Source: Tubiluchus corallicola
Lineage: Eukaryota > Animalia > Priapulida
Length of the DNA: 64,000 nucleotides
Direction: 5' to 3'
Assembly: GCA_030141605.1 (NCBI GenBank)
Contig: JAQGDQ010000530.1
Span: forward strand, 88,687 to 152,686
The first letter of the stretch is position 1, and each line of letters opens with the position of its first letter. Below the pieces are notes generated by a model. It searched no databases and was not told the origin of the DNA. It saw only the letters and a list, made by a program, of their open reading frames with translations. A program made the position numbers and the translations under genes. This document shows, piece after piece, positions 1 through 38,140 of this stretch.

Positions 1-16164
<16,164 letters not shown>

Positions 16165-17469
16165 CTAATAAAAGAATAATGGACATCACAACTAATAATT
16201 ATCACACTCGATTTGATAAAACATTTGATTCAATTACAATCAGCAAGATGGTAATTAAACTTATATACATGATGTATATAAACACAATATTTTAACAACA
16301 ACAGTAATAATAAAAATACAAAGTAAGTTGGCTGATTAATCATTTAACAGTAAATTCTATTGTACTGTAAAGCGAAAGGTTGATTTAATAAACTGCTGTA
16401 ATAAACTATGGATAATAAAGCAAGATGGGTGACCAATTTTGAATTTTTCGAATATGTTTCTGTATAATACTACAGGATTATAATATGTTACAATCTGTTG
16501 GTCGAGTAAGTCGTCTAATAATACCGTTGTAGCTCTATCATATTTTACGCATTCGAAAAAGTAATTGTAAAAACTTTTTGTAAAATCACCGTAGATAAAT
16601 TTGGGGTCATCAATTAAGTTTGCAATGAAAAGGTCACCTTTGAACTGAGAAAAATTTGTAATACATCTATTAGTACATATTTCGATAGCCCGTTCATTAT
16701 TGTATCGAGTACATAATATTTTTATGGGAAGATTCCAAAAGTAAGTATTTTGTTTTTGAACGAATTTTGGAAGCATATGTTTCTCTATAGTCTTTCTCTA
16801 AATTATATAAAAATTGCTTGAAATTTCCCTGTCCAGTTAAGATACATTTGGATGCTGATTCGATGCTCGGTTCTGATTTATTCAGTGGTAAATTAAGAGG
16901 CTCGTTGTTGATTTCTTCGTGTCTTAAAATATTTCCTTCTATTTGCGATTATCCTTGACCAAATAGATGATAGGTATGATTCTATGGTTTTCTGTGTAAA
17001 GCAGCATGAATTCTGGTGCGTCGCTTAAAGCCACGGTTCTCGTATTTACTTCCCAAATGATTTTTAGATAATATTTCACTTAGGTTATATGAGACCTCAG
17101 GAAATGTATATGAGACCTCAGGAAATGTCTATGTCTCCTTTGTCGGCACGTAAGTTCAATAATGAACAAACGCTCAAGTGCATTTAAGCTAGTTAACATT
17201 TAAGCCAGTCTCCAATAATCGCTCGTTTACATCTGCCGCATTCATCCAGTCTTTGTAAAAAATGCACACTTTATGATAGCGTCTCTGCGATAACGCAAAT
17301 AGGATTAGGCCTGCTTTTCTGGTCAAATAATCTCCCCGATTATAATCGATCAGTATTGGTCAGTTGTTCAACTTTCGTTTGCCGGTAGAGTAGTCACATA
17401 CTGGACTTCTCTTCCAGAACACGCAAACGGATCTCTACTGGTAAATGCCGCCTCCAGTAAATTATTTTG

Positions 17470-18091
17470 TTAAAGGTTAAAACAAAACTGGACCAAATCT
17501 TATACTTTACGTGAGAACAATCTACTGTTTAAAATATTGAAAGGAACCATACTGTTATTTTTTCAAAAATGAATTACGTGAAAGAATTCTTACCACACAA
17601 ACACAATTTCATGTTCGCGCCACTAGTTCTTCGCTTTTACATGCATTTCGTTATTCGCTAGTAGACGGGCACTAGTGTCTGTATTTCCGAAACGCATTGC
17701 ACAAAAACAGGCGCTTAGCTCTCTCTTCAGATGTGTTAGTTTCTGACGTACTGCACACGTTTGACAGCTCATGCGTGATCACTGCGGTAAATTTCAAATT
17801 TGAATTTTTGTCTTAAAACCTGCCTAGTTTTAGTACACACACCGAATATCACTGTACTTCAATTTTCGCTTTCGGAAACACGCGCAACACACTCGTGGAA
17901 TATTTTTGCTGTTGAAAATTATGTTAATTTATGATGTCATCAATAGTTGGGCTCGCCCGCCGTTAATTAAGTTTCTAATCTATTATTAAAATAAGATAAA
18001 CGCTTTTGCAGTATCAATTGTGTTAAAATGTATACTTTTATCGAACTTGAAAATGGGGTAGTAGATGAAAAATCATCCTGTCTTCCTTTAA
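17470..18091. mobile_element. TTAA-type MITE family B, full copy (Kolobok/piggyBac-like ends)
   Basis: ttaaagg...cctttaa termini; five copies in window. Confidence 0.8.
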
Positions 18092-19676
18092 TGAAAATTG
18101 ACTTTTCAACAGATTTTTATTTTTGCAGACACATGTGAGTAGTAATGTTATTGCTTATTATTGTACAAATTTTATTGTTTTATGCAGTTCATTTTGATTG
18201 TATGTATGGATACTTTAATAAAACAAAAAATAAAATGTTTTCAAATAATGATAAGGAAACGCCATCTTAGTGATGCTGCCCTTAGGATTCGAAGAGAAAA
18301 CCCGACATCGGGAATGAAATTAATCTATAGCCCTAAAGTTCAGCACGTTTATTAACGACTAGTAATAAGACAAAGGCTGGCATTACGGTGCGAAAAAATA
18401 CTTCGTACCTTTAAACAAAAAATACTGTACCTGAAAAACCGAATCGTACCGTACTAGTACACTAAAATATCGTACTGTACTAGTACACTAAAATATCATA
18501 CCGTAATTCCGTATCAAGTGCTTGTAGGATTTACATACTAGTGGCATAAAAATGATTGCAAAACGATAAATTTATCTATTCTTATTATGAACTTATGTAT
18601 AGGGTACTATAGAAATAGAACTGCTGTTTGAACTTCTGTACTATTTATTCTGGGTTACAAAAGCTACACAATTGTTTTATACACATGTTTTTATTTATAT
18701 TATTATTTACTTAATTATATTATTAAATATTATTTATATCATTATTTTAATAATTATAAATATTTATTTATTTTCAGCTATTTATTACTTAATTAACAAA
18801 ATTTCTGGCAGACACGATGCGTTAGGCCTATTAACTAGTTTTTAATTGTTGTTGTCGAGAACAGCGCCAGTATGGCGCTTGTCGACCCAGCACTAACCCA
18901 ACCCCAACCCCAATCCTAACCCTAACTGTAATCCTAATCCTAATTCTCTTCACGAATTAATTTCTCATGTGGCCTGTTGCAAACGTTAGCCAAAAAACAA
19001 ATATATTATGTCATGAAACCGCAAGTATAATACCAGTTACTGTAATTATATAGTTTTGAAGTTAACCATGATATTACCTGGTTGGCAAGACATTGAGGAC
19101 GTTAGCAAATAAAACAGAAACCATGAGCTGTAGTAGATAATCGCCATCCCTCCACCATTAAGTACATCACACGCAGTGGTTACTAAACGTTTTGAATGAT
19201 CTGTAAGAGATAGTGGTCACGTTACTGGTCAATGCGGTCACCACAACACTAGTGAGCACGCAGGTAAACTACAAAGTACGTATTAATAGTTTCAAGACAC
19301 TAACACGTTTCTGCTTTTAAACTGCCACATTAATTAATAATAAACTTAAAAGTAATTTTCCAGTGTAGACTACTCATGCTATAATACAGCACTGTTGACT
19401 TTATCTCGCATAAATTGAACCTCAGGGTAAACTTGACCGTTTAGCAGTTTGACACTATAATGGTTAATGAATATAAAGTGTCTACTATTTTCAAGCTCGA
19501 AATGTGGATACATGACCTACATAGTAAGTGTATAAACGAAATTTCTAGAAGAGCGAACTATGATTAACAAACGCAAGAGCGAAATTAACAAACGCAAGAA
19601 TCTGTAAATACTTTAATAGAGACAGCTACAAACATTGCATTAGTGAGTTCTAATTAATATATTTTAAAATTCTAAC

Positions 19677-19699
19677 CTGTTCAAAGCTCTGGAACCCAT
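19677..19699 (-). CDS. Candidate first coding exon of TTLL4-like gene (MGSRALNS)
   Basis: ATG..AG|gttag; phase 2 matches the acceptors at 16164/16110; upstream tttctgcccag acceptor; no homology support. Confidence 0.3.
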
Positions 19700-20132
19700 A
19701 TTATTTGTGTTTGCCCTGGGCAGAAATTAAATTCGGCTTTATTTATATCTGCTTCAATACAGTTCAGACCTTTAACTAGGTCAATTTCTAGAAAACGATA
19801 TGTTTAGTTTAGTTTACGGTACGACTTCTTCCTGTACACGATATAGAATATTTAGTTCGCAAATTTCGATATCTAAAGATAATTTTCTTTCTACGTATCG
19901 GATCTAAAACTTTACAACATGCCCTCAAATTTTCACGATAAAAACGTAAATTACGTAACTATAATGGTGCCATTAGTTTAAATAATTGCATCTGTTAAAC
20001 ACGAAACTACAGAAGATAATAAAGGTCTCTATATTCTGCACGTTTCTTAATTAATATGATTCACACGTAGCTGCATGCATTTCTTAGCATCTTTAACTGG
20101 AAACAAGGGAAGTTTCCCGAAGACGTTACCAT

Positions 20133-20518
20133 CAGGGCCTATTTCAGCATAGGCGAGGCCCAGGGAAGTGGGGCGTGTGAGGCCCCATCGGGGAGGGGGG
20201 CGAGCGCTACCATACCTTTCTGCGCCCAGAAAATTTTTGAACTGCTAGAACACCGGAGAAGCATTTCCGAAGAGAAAATATTTAGTTATACAGTTGTTAA
20301 AGGAAAGAACAATTGAAAGAAAAACTTTTATTCTCAAGACCAGTCCTTAATACTTGTCAATACTGGCAAACGGCGCGCGTGCGGCAAGAGAAAGAGAGGG
20401 AGAGAGAGGAGGCAGTATGTTCGCATAAAGCAAAAAAAATTTTACCTTGGCGCGAGGCCCCCCTGGAGGGTGAGGCCCCGGGGAAGTATCCCCACTTCCC
20501 CCCTTGAAATAGGCCCTG
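20133..20518. mobile_element. hAT-type MITE, internally deleted relative of 23964-24473
   Basis: TIR cagggcctatttc / gaaataggccctg; perfect 8-bp TSD gttaccat. Confidence 0.92.
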
Positions 20519-21466
20519 GTTACCATACAAAGTTATATTACTTAGCACTACGTTTACCTGTTTCAAAGACATACGTAAGAAGGAAAGTGGAAAAGAAAAT
20601 TCTCAATAATTTAAAATGCTCGAATCACCTAGTAAAACCGGCAATGAATCGCTATCAGAGTGTGCACCACTGATTCACCAAAAAACACATTATTGATTTA
20701 TTGATAATATAAAGCAATTTTAAACCTTTGTTGAGTTAGCAAAGAGTGCGCTACGAATGCTCTGTTTATTTTCTCAAACTTTACACAATGTTATCTAAAT
20801 CTGTTTCAAACGACTTACCGTTAAAATGGCTGCATCTAACTGTGATCACGAGAGTTTACAAGTTTTGTACAGCGTTACCACCAAAAGTTGCGTAGAATAA
20901 GATTGCACGTGAGCGATAAAAATTTCAACAATTTTTAACTTCATTTATGAAAAGCGTTTCCTGTGCTTTAAACAAAATCAACTATTACAAAAATAATTAT
21001 CAATGCTTAACTGCGTAGAGAGACAGTTAATTCTTGTATTTTGACTTTAACTTTGACTGTACGTAGATTCCAACCTCTAGAACATTTTAATCATAATGCA
21101 TTATGACTTAAATAAGGCAAGGATAGCCAGCAGGCATTCAACTGGAAAAACAGTGAAATCGAATCAGCCGTGTGGTATACTCTGAGGTCGGTGACAGTCA
21201 AGCGATTCTAATCTCAAGCAAGTTTAATAAATTCTGGACAGCGTTCTTCCCCCTTGGTCATTGAGTTTGTGCCGTGCACTTTTACAATTAAAAACAGAAT
21301 TATTCAGAGTACCAGCAGCTGCCGGTAAAGCTGTTTTAAGAATACATTTCACGGGCTCCACTTATTTAACCACGTAACAGCAGCGGCAATGTTATCTTTA
21401 CTCGTTGTGGCATAATTAAGTCTTGTTTGTCATTATTGTTTGCATTGATTAATAAAGCAGTGGGTA

Positions 21467-29397
<7,931 letters not shown>

Positions 29398-29708
29398 AGA
29401 TTTATAGACGAGAAACTGGGACTTCGTTTAAAAAAGTTGTTTAATCTGTTTTGTACATCGGTTTTGCCAGAAAAAATTAAATGTCTATCTACGTTTATAG
29501 TTATGAAAAAACATGTTTGGGAAGAAAAAATACAGTGTGATCGATACAAACTCGCTTTCTATTATAAACACTGTACGTTGATGTTGAACACAAGCTGCAT
29601 GTGAGGGACCAGTAAGTGGTGTGTAATATGAGTACGTGCCAAGGACTACTACTATAGTAGTCCTTGGTACGTACATACAACGATTTATATTAAATAAATA
29701 ATTGATGG

Positions 29709-30281
29709 TTAAAGGACGATTTTTCATATACTACCCCATTTTTAAGTCCGATAAAAAGTATAAATTTTAAAACAATTAATACTGGAAAAGTGTTTCTGAT
29801 AATTAAATAATAGAGTTAAAAACTTAATTAACAGCAGGCGAGCTCAACTATTGATGACATTACAAACTAACATAATTTTCAACTGCAAAAATATTCCACG
29901 AGTGAGTGCTACTGTAAGATGTTCAGTGTGTTGTACTAAAACTAGACAAGTTTCGAGTTTAGATTTCAAATTTACAGCTGCGCCCACGCACGAGCTGTCG
30001 AACGTGCGTAGTTCGTCACAAACTAACACATCTGAACTGAGAAGTACAGCACCTGTTTTTTGTGCAATGAGAAATGCAGGCGCTAGCCCCCGTCTGTAAC
30101 TAGCGAATGGCGAAATGCATGTAACAGCGAAGAACTAGTGGCGCGAATACGAAATTGTATTTGTGCGGGTAATAATTCTTTCACGTTGATCATTTTTGAA
30201 AAAATAGTACGTTACCTCTTCAATATTTTAGATTGTTTTGACCTACAGTTTAAGATTGGGTCCGGTTTTACTTTACCGTTA
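29709..30281. mobile_element. TTAA-type MITE family B copy (reverse orientation)
   Basis: Similarity to 17470-18091. Confidence 0.8.
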
Positions 30282-30559
30282 TCTTACATTTTTATTATTT
30301 TTATTAAAATAATTAAGGATACACTCCACTACTGGATACATGCTATAGCCAACCTTATGATAGTTAAGTATACAAAGCTTATAAAGAAAACCGAACCTTA
30401 GCTGAGAACTGTTTTTGCTGGACTACTTTTGTAAAGTATATATTAAGTATATTATGTAGTATATATTAACCAAACAACGTTTTCACCTAAGCGTCTACTT
30501 AATACTAAAAACTGATGAAACCATAATGATAACAAAACTGATGGACAAAACAAACCTTC

Positions 30560-30950
30560 AAAAAACAATGTTAACTAGAAGACTATTTATTTTGTGGTCA
30601 TTTCAAATATGGTACAACAAAATTTACAAAACTGAGAATCAGCTCTCATACTTTGTGTATTTAAAGAGGGAGGAACGTTAAAGCTAGAAAAATCTCGGCT
30701 GAGAATCGTTTATGCTCATACTGTTTAAGAAATGAAATCGAAGACGAATTACACTTTCTTATAAAATGCCCATATTACACTGATCTTAGAGGAAAATCAT
30801 ATAATCACATCAATATAATTATGCCAGAAATTTTCCTTATAAGCGAAGCTGATAAATCTTTATTCTTGATGGGAAGTATTGATTTAGAAGTAATTAAGGC
30901 ATTTATTGATTGTGTTGAAAAGTCGTTTTTAAAACATGATGAACAATAAA
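30560..30950 (+). mobile_element. Decayed LINE 3' end fragment
   Basis: TKLRISSHTL..GR..EIEDELHFLIKCPYYTDLR. Confidence 0.7.
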
Positions 30951-31726
30951 CTATGTAATGATCATGTCATTGAAAATGAGGCCTAACGAATGAGAATTTA
31001 TTTTAAATACTAATCATTAAACTTTTCATTAAATAACTAATATAACTAACGGAAGATTTAATAACATTTGTTTTATTTGTAATTGTTTTGTTTGTATACA
31101 GTGTCATTATATTTCAAAATTAAAATTGTATGTATGTCTAATTTTTTTCTTGTATTGTATGTATTTTGACACTATTAAACATCCATCTTAAAAACATGTT
31201 GAATTGAATTTGCATTTTTAACAGAAAAACAAAGAAATAATAAAACCTAACTTTGACTGCCCTTAAATTAATGTTAAATATTTGTGTGAGATTTGCTAAT
31301 GAGTGTGAAATACTTTTTACATTAACAAGTCAAAGTGTATTTTATTTCGACGAAACATAAATTGTGCTGATATTCGTGAGAACATAAATGGTGAACCTCA
31401 AAACTGGGATAACGAAGTGATTCGTCTCGGTCATAAATTGTGTTATGATTTGAATCAGAAATCTGATATCATGAGATGGAAACAAAAATTCTTAACCTCT
31501 TTGGAATTTGCTTCTCAGTTGGCCGTCACTAACAAGCATGCATTGTTGAAACTACTTCAATATTTTCTCTTTTTATGATAGCGTGATATCTGAATGATGC
31601 TGCAATCTACACTTTAGCTGTTGAATTGAAGTGTTCACTCTTTACCTAGAGACAGCCATGTCGCAATGAATTTTATGTATAGTTGAAACAGTACCGCTTG
31701 AAAGATTGGTAGCAAAGCGCTCTGCT

Positions 31727-32434
31727 AACTTGTTCAGGATCGTAAGTGACTGTTGCGTTTTGCGTGGGTTCATGAAAAACTGCTCCCACTAAGCATCGAT
31801 TAGGCGATAATTTTTGTAGGTTTCTACTCCTCACAATGGATTTTTATGCAAAATTATATATGATATGCATTTGATTGCCTTAGTCAACTTAAAAATCAAT
31901 TTTTTAAGAATAAATTGAAAAAACTTTCAGTAACTGCAGTGTTTGGACTGTAACAAAGTATAGTATCACTTGAAACCGGCTAATGCAGAAAATTTCAACT
32001 CTCCAGAGGCAATACACACATTGGCCTCAAGTCCACGCTGTTTTTAAAGTGAGATTGTTAATAAAAGATGAAACGACATCAGATTGTCCTTTCCTGATAC
32101 GTTGTTTTTTCTTGGACTAGCAACAGAACACTGCATAGCTTGGGTTGCGGCAAGCAGGCGATCAATTAGTGTGTACGATCGCGCAAGTGTGCACCAGACT
32201 AAGCTACTCAATTGGCTAGGTTGGAGTGCCTGAAAAGGGCGTGTTTTTCTTATTTTTTTCCAATTAAATCACTTATAAGTGTTTAAACAAATAGCATGGT
32301 TGGAGAGCCCATATTCTCCTGAATAAAATAGTGCCTAATTTGTAATCATTTAGTTAAGTTTAGACTCATACAGTAGTAGAAAACTCATAAGTCTCATAAC
32401 ACTATTTTGCATGGTGCGGTTCTGAAGGAGTTAA
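31727..32434. mobile_element. piggyBac-like MITE family F (copies 48796-49418, partial reverse 26892-27215)
   Basis: ttaactccttcagga...tcctgaaggagttaa ends; long shared internal blocks. Confidence 0.75.
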
Positions 32435-33549
32435 TATTTAAGGATTTAGCAATACTGAATAAATACTCAAGCTTGTCAGTACTTGGTAAAAATAGATTAT
32501 TCGTGGTTACTGTAGCATTTGACAAAATTGGATTTTATACAGACACATACGACACATGTTCATAATTTCAAGAACAGTACAAATATTACAGAGACAAGCA
32601 AGTCGAAACGACCCAAAAATTTGCTTCAAGCCAAAGTTTTTTTGTTAATTAGAGTGATTAATTACCGTAAGCGCGCATTTGAACTACCGGGTCACTAACC
32701 TTTGTCAAAGCTGTAACTTAGCTCAAGTAGTTGTAGTCTCTTACAAGTGGCTGTTACAAGTGCAATCTGTGCCTGTTTACATTCTAGGTAACCGCTTGAT
32801 TTACGTTATTTTTTAAATATAGGAGTGAATTTTAACTACTAATGTAGTTGATAGCGAAAAAACAGCAAACTGAGACATGTTTGCTCGAGTTTATTATCAC
32901 CAGTACGTAATTTCTGACGTGGCTTTTAAAAAAACACATTTAGAATCAGGCTTTAAAAATCAAGAAATTTTAAAACCACAGTTCCCGTAGGTATATTCTA
33001 TTTTTGTGAAATTAAAGTTACGTACTGCAGCTTTTGGTAGCTTTTTATCGTTACGTATGACATGGCTCGGGCATCTAAAAAACACGAATTTTGATTTCTG
33101 TTTCTTCAAATACTTTCATGTTAAAACTGGAGCTAAAACAACTTTGTTTTTGCATTTAGGTCACTCACTGAATTACTGCGTCCCTTATTGCACTAAGCAG
33201 GTTTATTGTTGCTATTTTAAACAAATCACACCAGCTTTAATATCAAGATAATGGTCATACAGGCAAAATTTTAAGCAGGTTTATTGTTGCTAATTTAAAC
33301 AAATCACACCAGCTTTAATATCAAGATAATGGTCATACAGGCAAAATTGCAAGATATTAATTTTAATATTAAGTTTAGCTTCATCCAGTTTCACACTGGA
33401 GTTTTAACAGTTGATATTATAGGTGTCAAATATTCGCAAATCAAAATCATTTTAATTCTGATGTGTTTTAAAGCAATAATTTCTTAACGTGCAGGTGAAT
33501 AAAGCTGCACAATCTTTCAGAGAAGTCAAGCAGTAAAGTTTGAATAATC

Positions 33550-36500
33550 ATGCAAGTCGTTGGAGCACTTTTTCTGGTAAGTCAAGTGAGCATGTTGGAA
33601 CACGTGTAGCAACTTAAGCGTCCAGAATACGTTATGCGTTAATACGTAAAAACTAATTTATCTTGTTTTCAGGGAACCTGTTTATTAGACCTGCTTAATG
33701 CGTTATTTCTCTGCACCTTTTCCTATTGATTAATACGCAGCTGGATATTGATAAAGTGGCGTTTGGGTAGCATCCTATCCTTATGCGTATGCGTTATCCA
33801 ACCGCGGAATAGTTGCGGAATAAAAAATCAACAGGAAATAACTGCAGAAAACAACACATAACGCAGCTCTGTTGCATTGAAAATAATATAACCGATTTTA
33901 CCTATTTCGCAGCCCTCATAACGCATGCGCATTCCGGATGTTACACAAATGCGGGGTTTACCAGACGTCCAGAATGCGTTATGCATTATTGCGTAAAAGC
34001 CACTTTATACTGTTTTCAATAAGCCCGTTAATGCGTTATTGTTTCCGCAGCTTTTCGTATCAATTTATACGCAGCTGGATACGGATAACGCATAACGCAT
34101 TCCAGGTGTCTAGTAAACGCCACATTAGACTGGCGCAGTAAAAGTTTGTTTAACGATGAGTAATTTACCTTTAAATTTAGTTTAGAGAATTGTAACCAAT
34201 TATAATCGTCATACAGACGTCAGTACATCATAGAAGGACATTCTGACAAAAAATTTACAAATTTTGATGATCTTTACAGTCACGGGGCTTGATTTGTCCC
34301 TTTTTACATTGCAGGTTTTGTTTGTTTCGCTATGGAATCTAAGAAAATGTATTGAAGAAATCAAAAATGAGGGTAAGTACAGGAAACTAACCTGCGCCTG
34401 AATATGTGTGTTAAGATTAATATAAGACTAGCAAAAAATTTTGAGTATAAATCCACTTATAATCAATAATGCGCGAACACCCTATTATAGTGTTCATTTG
34501 TTTATCTAACAGAAAGCCAGCAGCAGCTTTTACTGAAGTAAAAATTACAGACAGAGTACAATAGAATGACGTCAGAACAATGCAAACGTCACTGTAGCTT
34601 CTAAGCGAGAAACGCGGAAAATGGAACCTTTAATCAACTCGCCCACTCCTCCTGGTGGAGGCGTCCTGAAATGTGTCCCTTACCATCGTGTAGCCCCGTT
34701 CCTCCTCTTTCCAAACAGCTATATATCATCTCCGAAGAGCCCCACCAGGCGCAGGTAGAACGTTTTTCCTACAGGATGCTCGGTCAAAATTTGGAAAACA
34801 TCGAAAGTTGGGTCCGGTAAAATGCCCGTTACGGGACGCCGTGGCCCACCTCCACGCGAATCCCCACCCCGGCTCATTCCCGCTCTTCAGAAATAAGAGG
34901 TATAAGTTTAGTGAAAAATGGTCAAAAAGGGCAGTTTTTGTAATTCCCCCCGTTTCTCCCCTCTGGCCTCAATTTGAAAAATAAACCATCAATGAGACCA
35001 CATTAGACCGAGACTTTTCGTTTGATATCTAGATCGCCGAAAATGGTGCCGTCATCGGAACTGTAGCCTTTAATCTTACATAAATATATATATATATATA
35101 TATATACCGCTGAGTTACACCATTACAGTGACAGTGTGCATAGTGTATTAGGGAGGCATCCAGTAAAATGTATTTTAAAAGCTATTTATCTGTAAAATTA
35201 TTGTCAAAACTGAGCTAGATTAACCTTACTACCTATCGTGCACACAATGCCATTACCAAGAGTAAATGCAACGGAAGACTGATTTTAAAAGTTACGTTTC
35301 ATAACTTTGTTTATATTTGTGTTAATCATTACATTCTGGGTGCAAATGAACCCTGTCATTCTACGAGTCCCTTAGGCCCTTACACAGTTTTTTCTGCAAA
35401 AGCATTTGTCCCATTCCACCACGCATCACCCACATCAGCAATGAGATTACATACCAAGATTACTGAGAAGGCATACACGATATGAAATGTATGAAACATA
35501 TGATTTCAGCCATATGGTATATATACATACATAGTGGCCTAAGTCTTTTACTATTTTTTCATTTTTTCAGTTGATTTTGTTTCCTGTAAATGGTTAGACA
35601 GTTTCATGAGCGTACACACTGGTGAATCACCTGGAGGCAATAAAGTTGTGTTTAGGTCCGGAATAAGAGGGCCAAATCATCCATTAATTAAAGAAGTCAC
35701 TCATTGTTTGGTGAGTATATCATTTTTTTAACTAAATCATTCATAGGATACGAAGAATAATCCACAAAAGATACTGCAAATGATAAATACAGTCAAACCT
35801 CGTTATAGCGCCCCCTTTGTAAGGCCAATCTAGCTTAACGCCCAAATTTGCATGGACATGTATGAATTAATTTACCTATCTATAACGCCAACTTTTTTGC
35901 TGTCCCAAAGTAAGCAGTATAAAGAGGTTTAACTGTTCACAAAATGTTTGTAGAATTTTCTTTCTAGTCACACTTTTTCTCTACAAATTATCTTAATTCA
36001 ATATTATATAACTTCTTGTTGTTGTTGTGATTCTTCTTTTTCTTCTTCTTCTTCTTCTTGTTATTTTTCTTCTCCTTCTTCTTCTTCTTTCTCCTCTTGT
36101 TGTTGTTTTTCTTCTTCTTTTTCTCCTTCTTCCTTTTCTTCTTCTTCTTGTTTTTCTTCTCCGTCTAGTTTTTTTCTTCTTCTTTAACCGTAAAGCGAAT
36201 TATGTTACATTTATTTAGAGATTTGAGTTTTCTTGTGTTTTACTTTCACACGATTTGGGAAAAGGCAACATTCTGCTTGTTTAACATGTTAAACGAAGAA
36301 TGACGAATGAGAAAAAGAAAATGGCAATTTGTGTTTTCCGTTTCATGCATAGAAATAACTCTTTAGTAATAAAATCAACACAAACGGCAAGATACAATGT
36401 ATAATATCCGTTGTCAGTGGTTACAAAAACAACTTTTAATAGTACACAAAAATTGAATAGTTAAATTTAACTGAACTAGTAGAGAATTTATCATGTTTTC

Positions 36501-36680
36501 AATATTTAGCGTGGAAATCACGTGCGCCTCGTACATCTTGTAATATTGATGGGGGTTTTATCGAAGCAAATCACTCTGAACTGCCTAGATATTTACCGAA
36601 CCTTCACGACGCTTAATACATTAGATGATTGGAGCTATCCTGAAAGACAGAGTGCATGCAAAAATGAAAGAAGAACATAA
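33550..36680 (+). CDS. Putative secreted protein exons (signal peptide plus F5/8-type-C/F-lectin-like C-terminal motif); possibly the 5' part of the pentraxin gene
   Basis: Phase-consistent exons 33550-33576, 34315-34372, 35571-35710, 36510-36680 with strong splice sites: MQVVGALFLVLFVSLWNLRKC..SCKWLDSFMSVHTGES..HCLRGNHVRLVHL..ITLNCLDIY..*; domain call is by eye and weak. Confidence 0.5.
33617..34110. mobile_element. Two adjacent small TIR elements
   Basis: cgtccagaatRcgttatgc left ends at ~33619 and ~33966; gcataacgcattcc-like right ends at ~33940 and ~34105. Confidence 0.55.
35790..35936. mobile_element. Tc1/mariner-like MITE
   Basis: ta|cagtcaaacctc ... gaggtttaactg TIR. Confidence 0.6.
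36013..36185. repeat. (CTT)n-rich low-complexity tract
   Basis: Direct reading. Confidence 0.9.
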
Positions 36681-37906
36681 GATTGATCGGAATTCAAAAA
36701 ACAAGATGGAGAGACATCTGCTAGACGTAGACAAGAATCTTCAGTGTTCAACAATGATCTCACAGAATCACTGTTCAGATCATAACTAGTATAAGACCTC
36801 TCGATATTGCAGATGTGTGAGATGTTTGAAGCTTCCACGTTAAATAAGAGACCATTAGACCTTAGAGGACAAAAGGGGGACAAAAGTAGGTTTCAGAAAA
36901 GTCGCCTTAATAAATATATTATTTTATAGCATACTACGTAGTACTACGTATATCGTACTCGCCTTGAAAAGATTTTTTGCTTGTTTCATTTTAAATCTCC
37001 CGCATTACTGTTCCGACCGCGTCATTACATGACGTCATATACGCACATCAGGGGAAGAAAGGTAAATGTTAACTTGTCAAAGTTGCTGCGTCATCGCGGC
37101 AGTTTAAATTTACATGTTTCATATAGCATTACTGCCGACTTAAGCCCTGTATGCAAAAAGGCAGTATATAAGTGGTACAAAATTTCAAGACGAATTTTTT
37201 AGCTTTGTGTAAATAGAACTAGTGCTTTAAATACAACAATCAACATAAGCCATCTGTAAGGCTTTTGTCGGAAACTGCAAATGACGAGTTACGTAATGTA
37301 GCAGATGAGGACAGCTCTATTAAAGCAAATTCAAACACGAAAGGTCCAGAATCTAGATGTAATTCAGATTTAAGCCTAACTTTTTTAAACAATAACGTAG
37401 TGTTCAAATATCACCACTAACATTCTTTGCCAGAAATTAATTTCTGAACGCGTGACTTAAACCGTAAAAATAGGACTTAGGTGCTCACAAACACGTACAC
37501 ACAGGTGCGTATTAACCCATAGGCCAAGTAGGCTATAGACTTGGCCCCAAAGTTTGAGGAGCGCCACATCTTAGGCGTCCAAATTTAAAAAATTCTTTTT
37601 CGAATCGGAAAATGTGTATCCGTTTATACTCGTATAGAACATGCATTGCATAAATAGGCAGTTACTGAGATCAGTTGCCATATAAGTGTCACATCACGAA
37701 CAAGTACAAGGTAATACACAACAAGCAGTTGCCCAGCCTGCTTACATATAAATGTTGTTAATATACACGTAATTAACAATGACCACGTAGAAATCAGTTT
37801 AATAGTAATACTAATACACCACAAGTAATTGTATAATGCATTCAGTACGTTATCAATCATAAATTCACAATACATATGGGCAGGACAGACCAGAGCGTCT
37901 TCATAC

Positions 37907-38098
37907 ACCCCTGCGTACGCGTGAACAATAGTGGGCCTGACGTGAAGTCTTGATGCGCCCCTGCGTACGCATGAACAATAGTGGGGCCTGAAGTGAAGTC
38001 TTGATGCGCCCCTGCGTACGCATGAACAAAAGTGGGGCCTGAAGTGAAGTCTTGATATGCCCCTGCGTACACACGAACAATAGTGGGGCCTAAAGTGA
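37907..38098. repeat. 50-51 bp tandem repeat, about 4 copies
   Basis: ctgcgtac at 37911, 37961, 38012, 38063. Confidence 0.9.
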
Positions 38099-38140
38099 AC
38101 GAAACGTGCAATACTATACAATTATGCATTTCTTTTTCAG

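Noticed and set aside
18129-18134. Possible 6-nt microexon (tttgcag ACACAT gtgagt) on plus
   Set aside because: No gene model needs it; cannot be supported without RNA data.
18893-18943. ccctaa-like run as an interstitial telomere
   Set aside because: Short and degenerate; such tracts are common inside small repeats.
34580-35106. GC-richer segment ending in (TA)n (similar layout at ~52060-52530) as Helentron-like elements
   Set aside because: Layout is suggestive, but I could not define termini or a second copy, so I did not call it.
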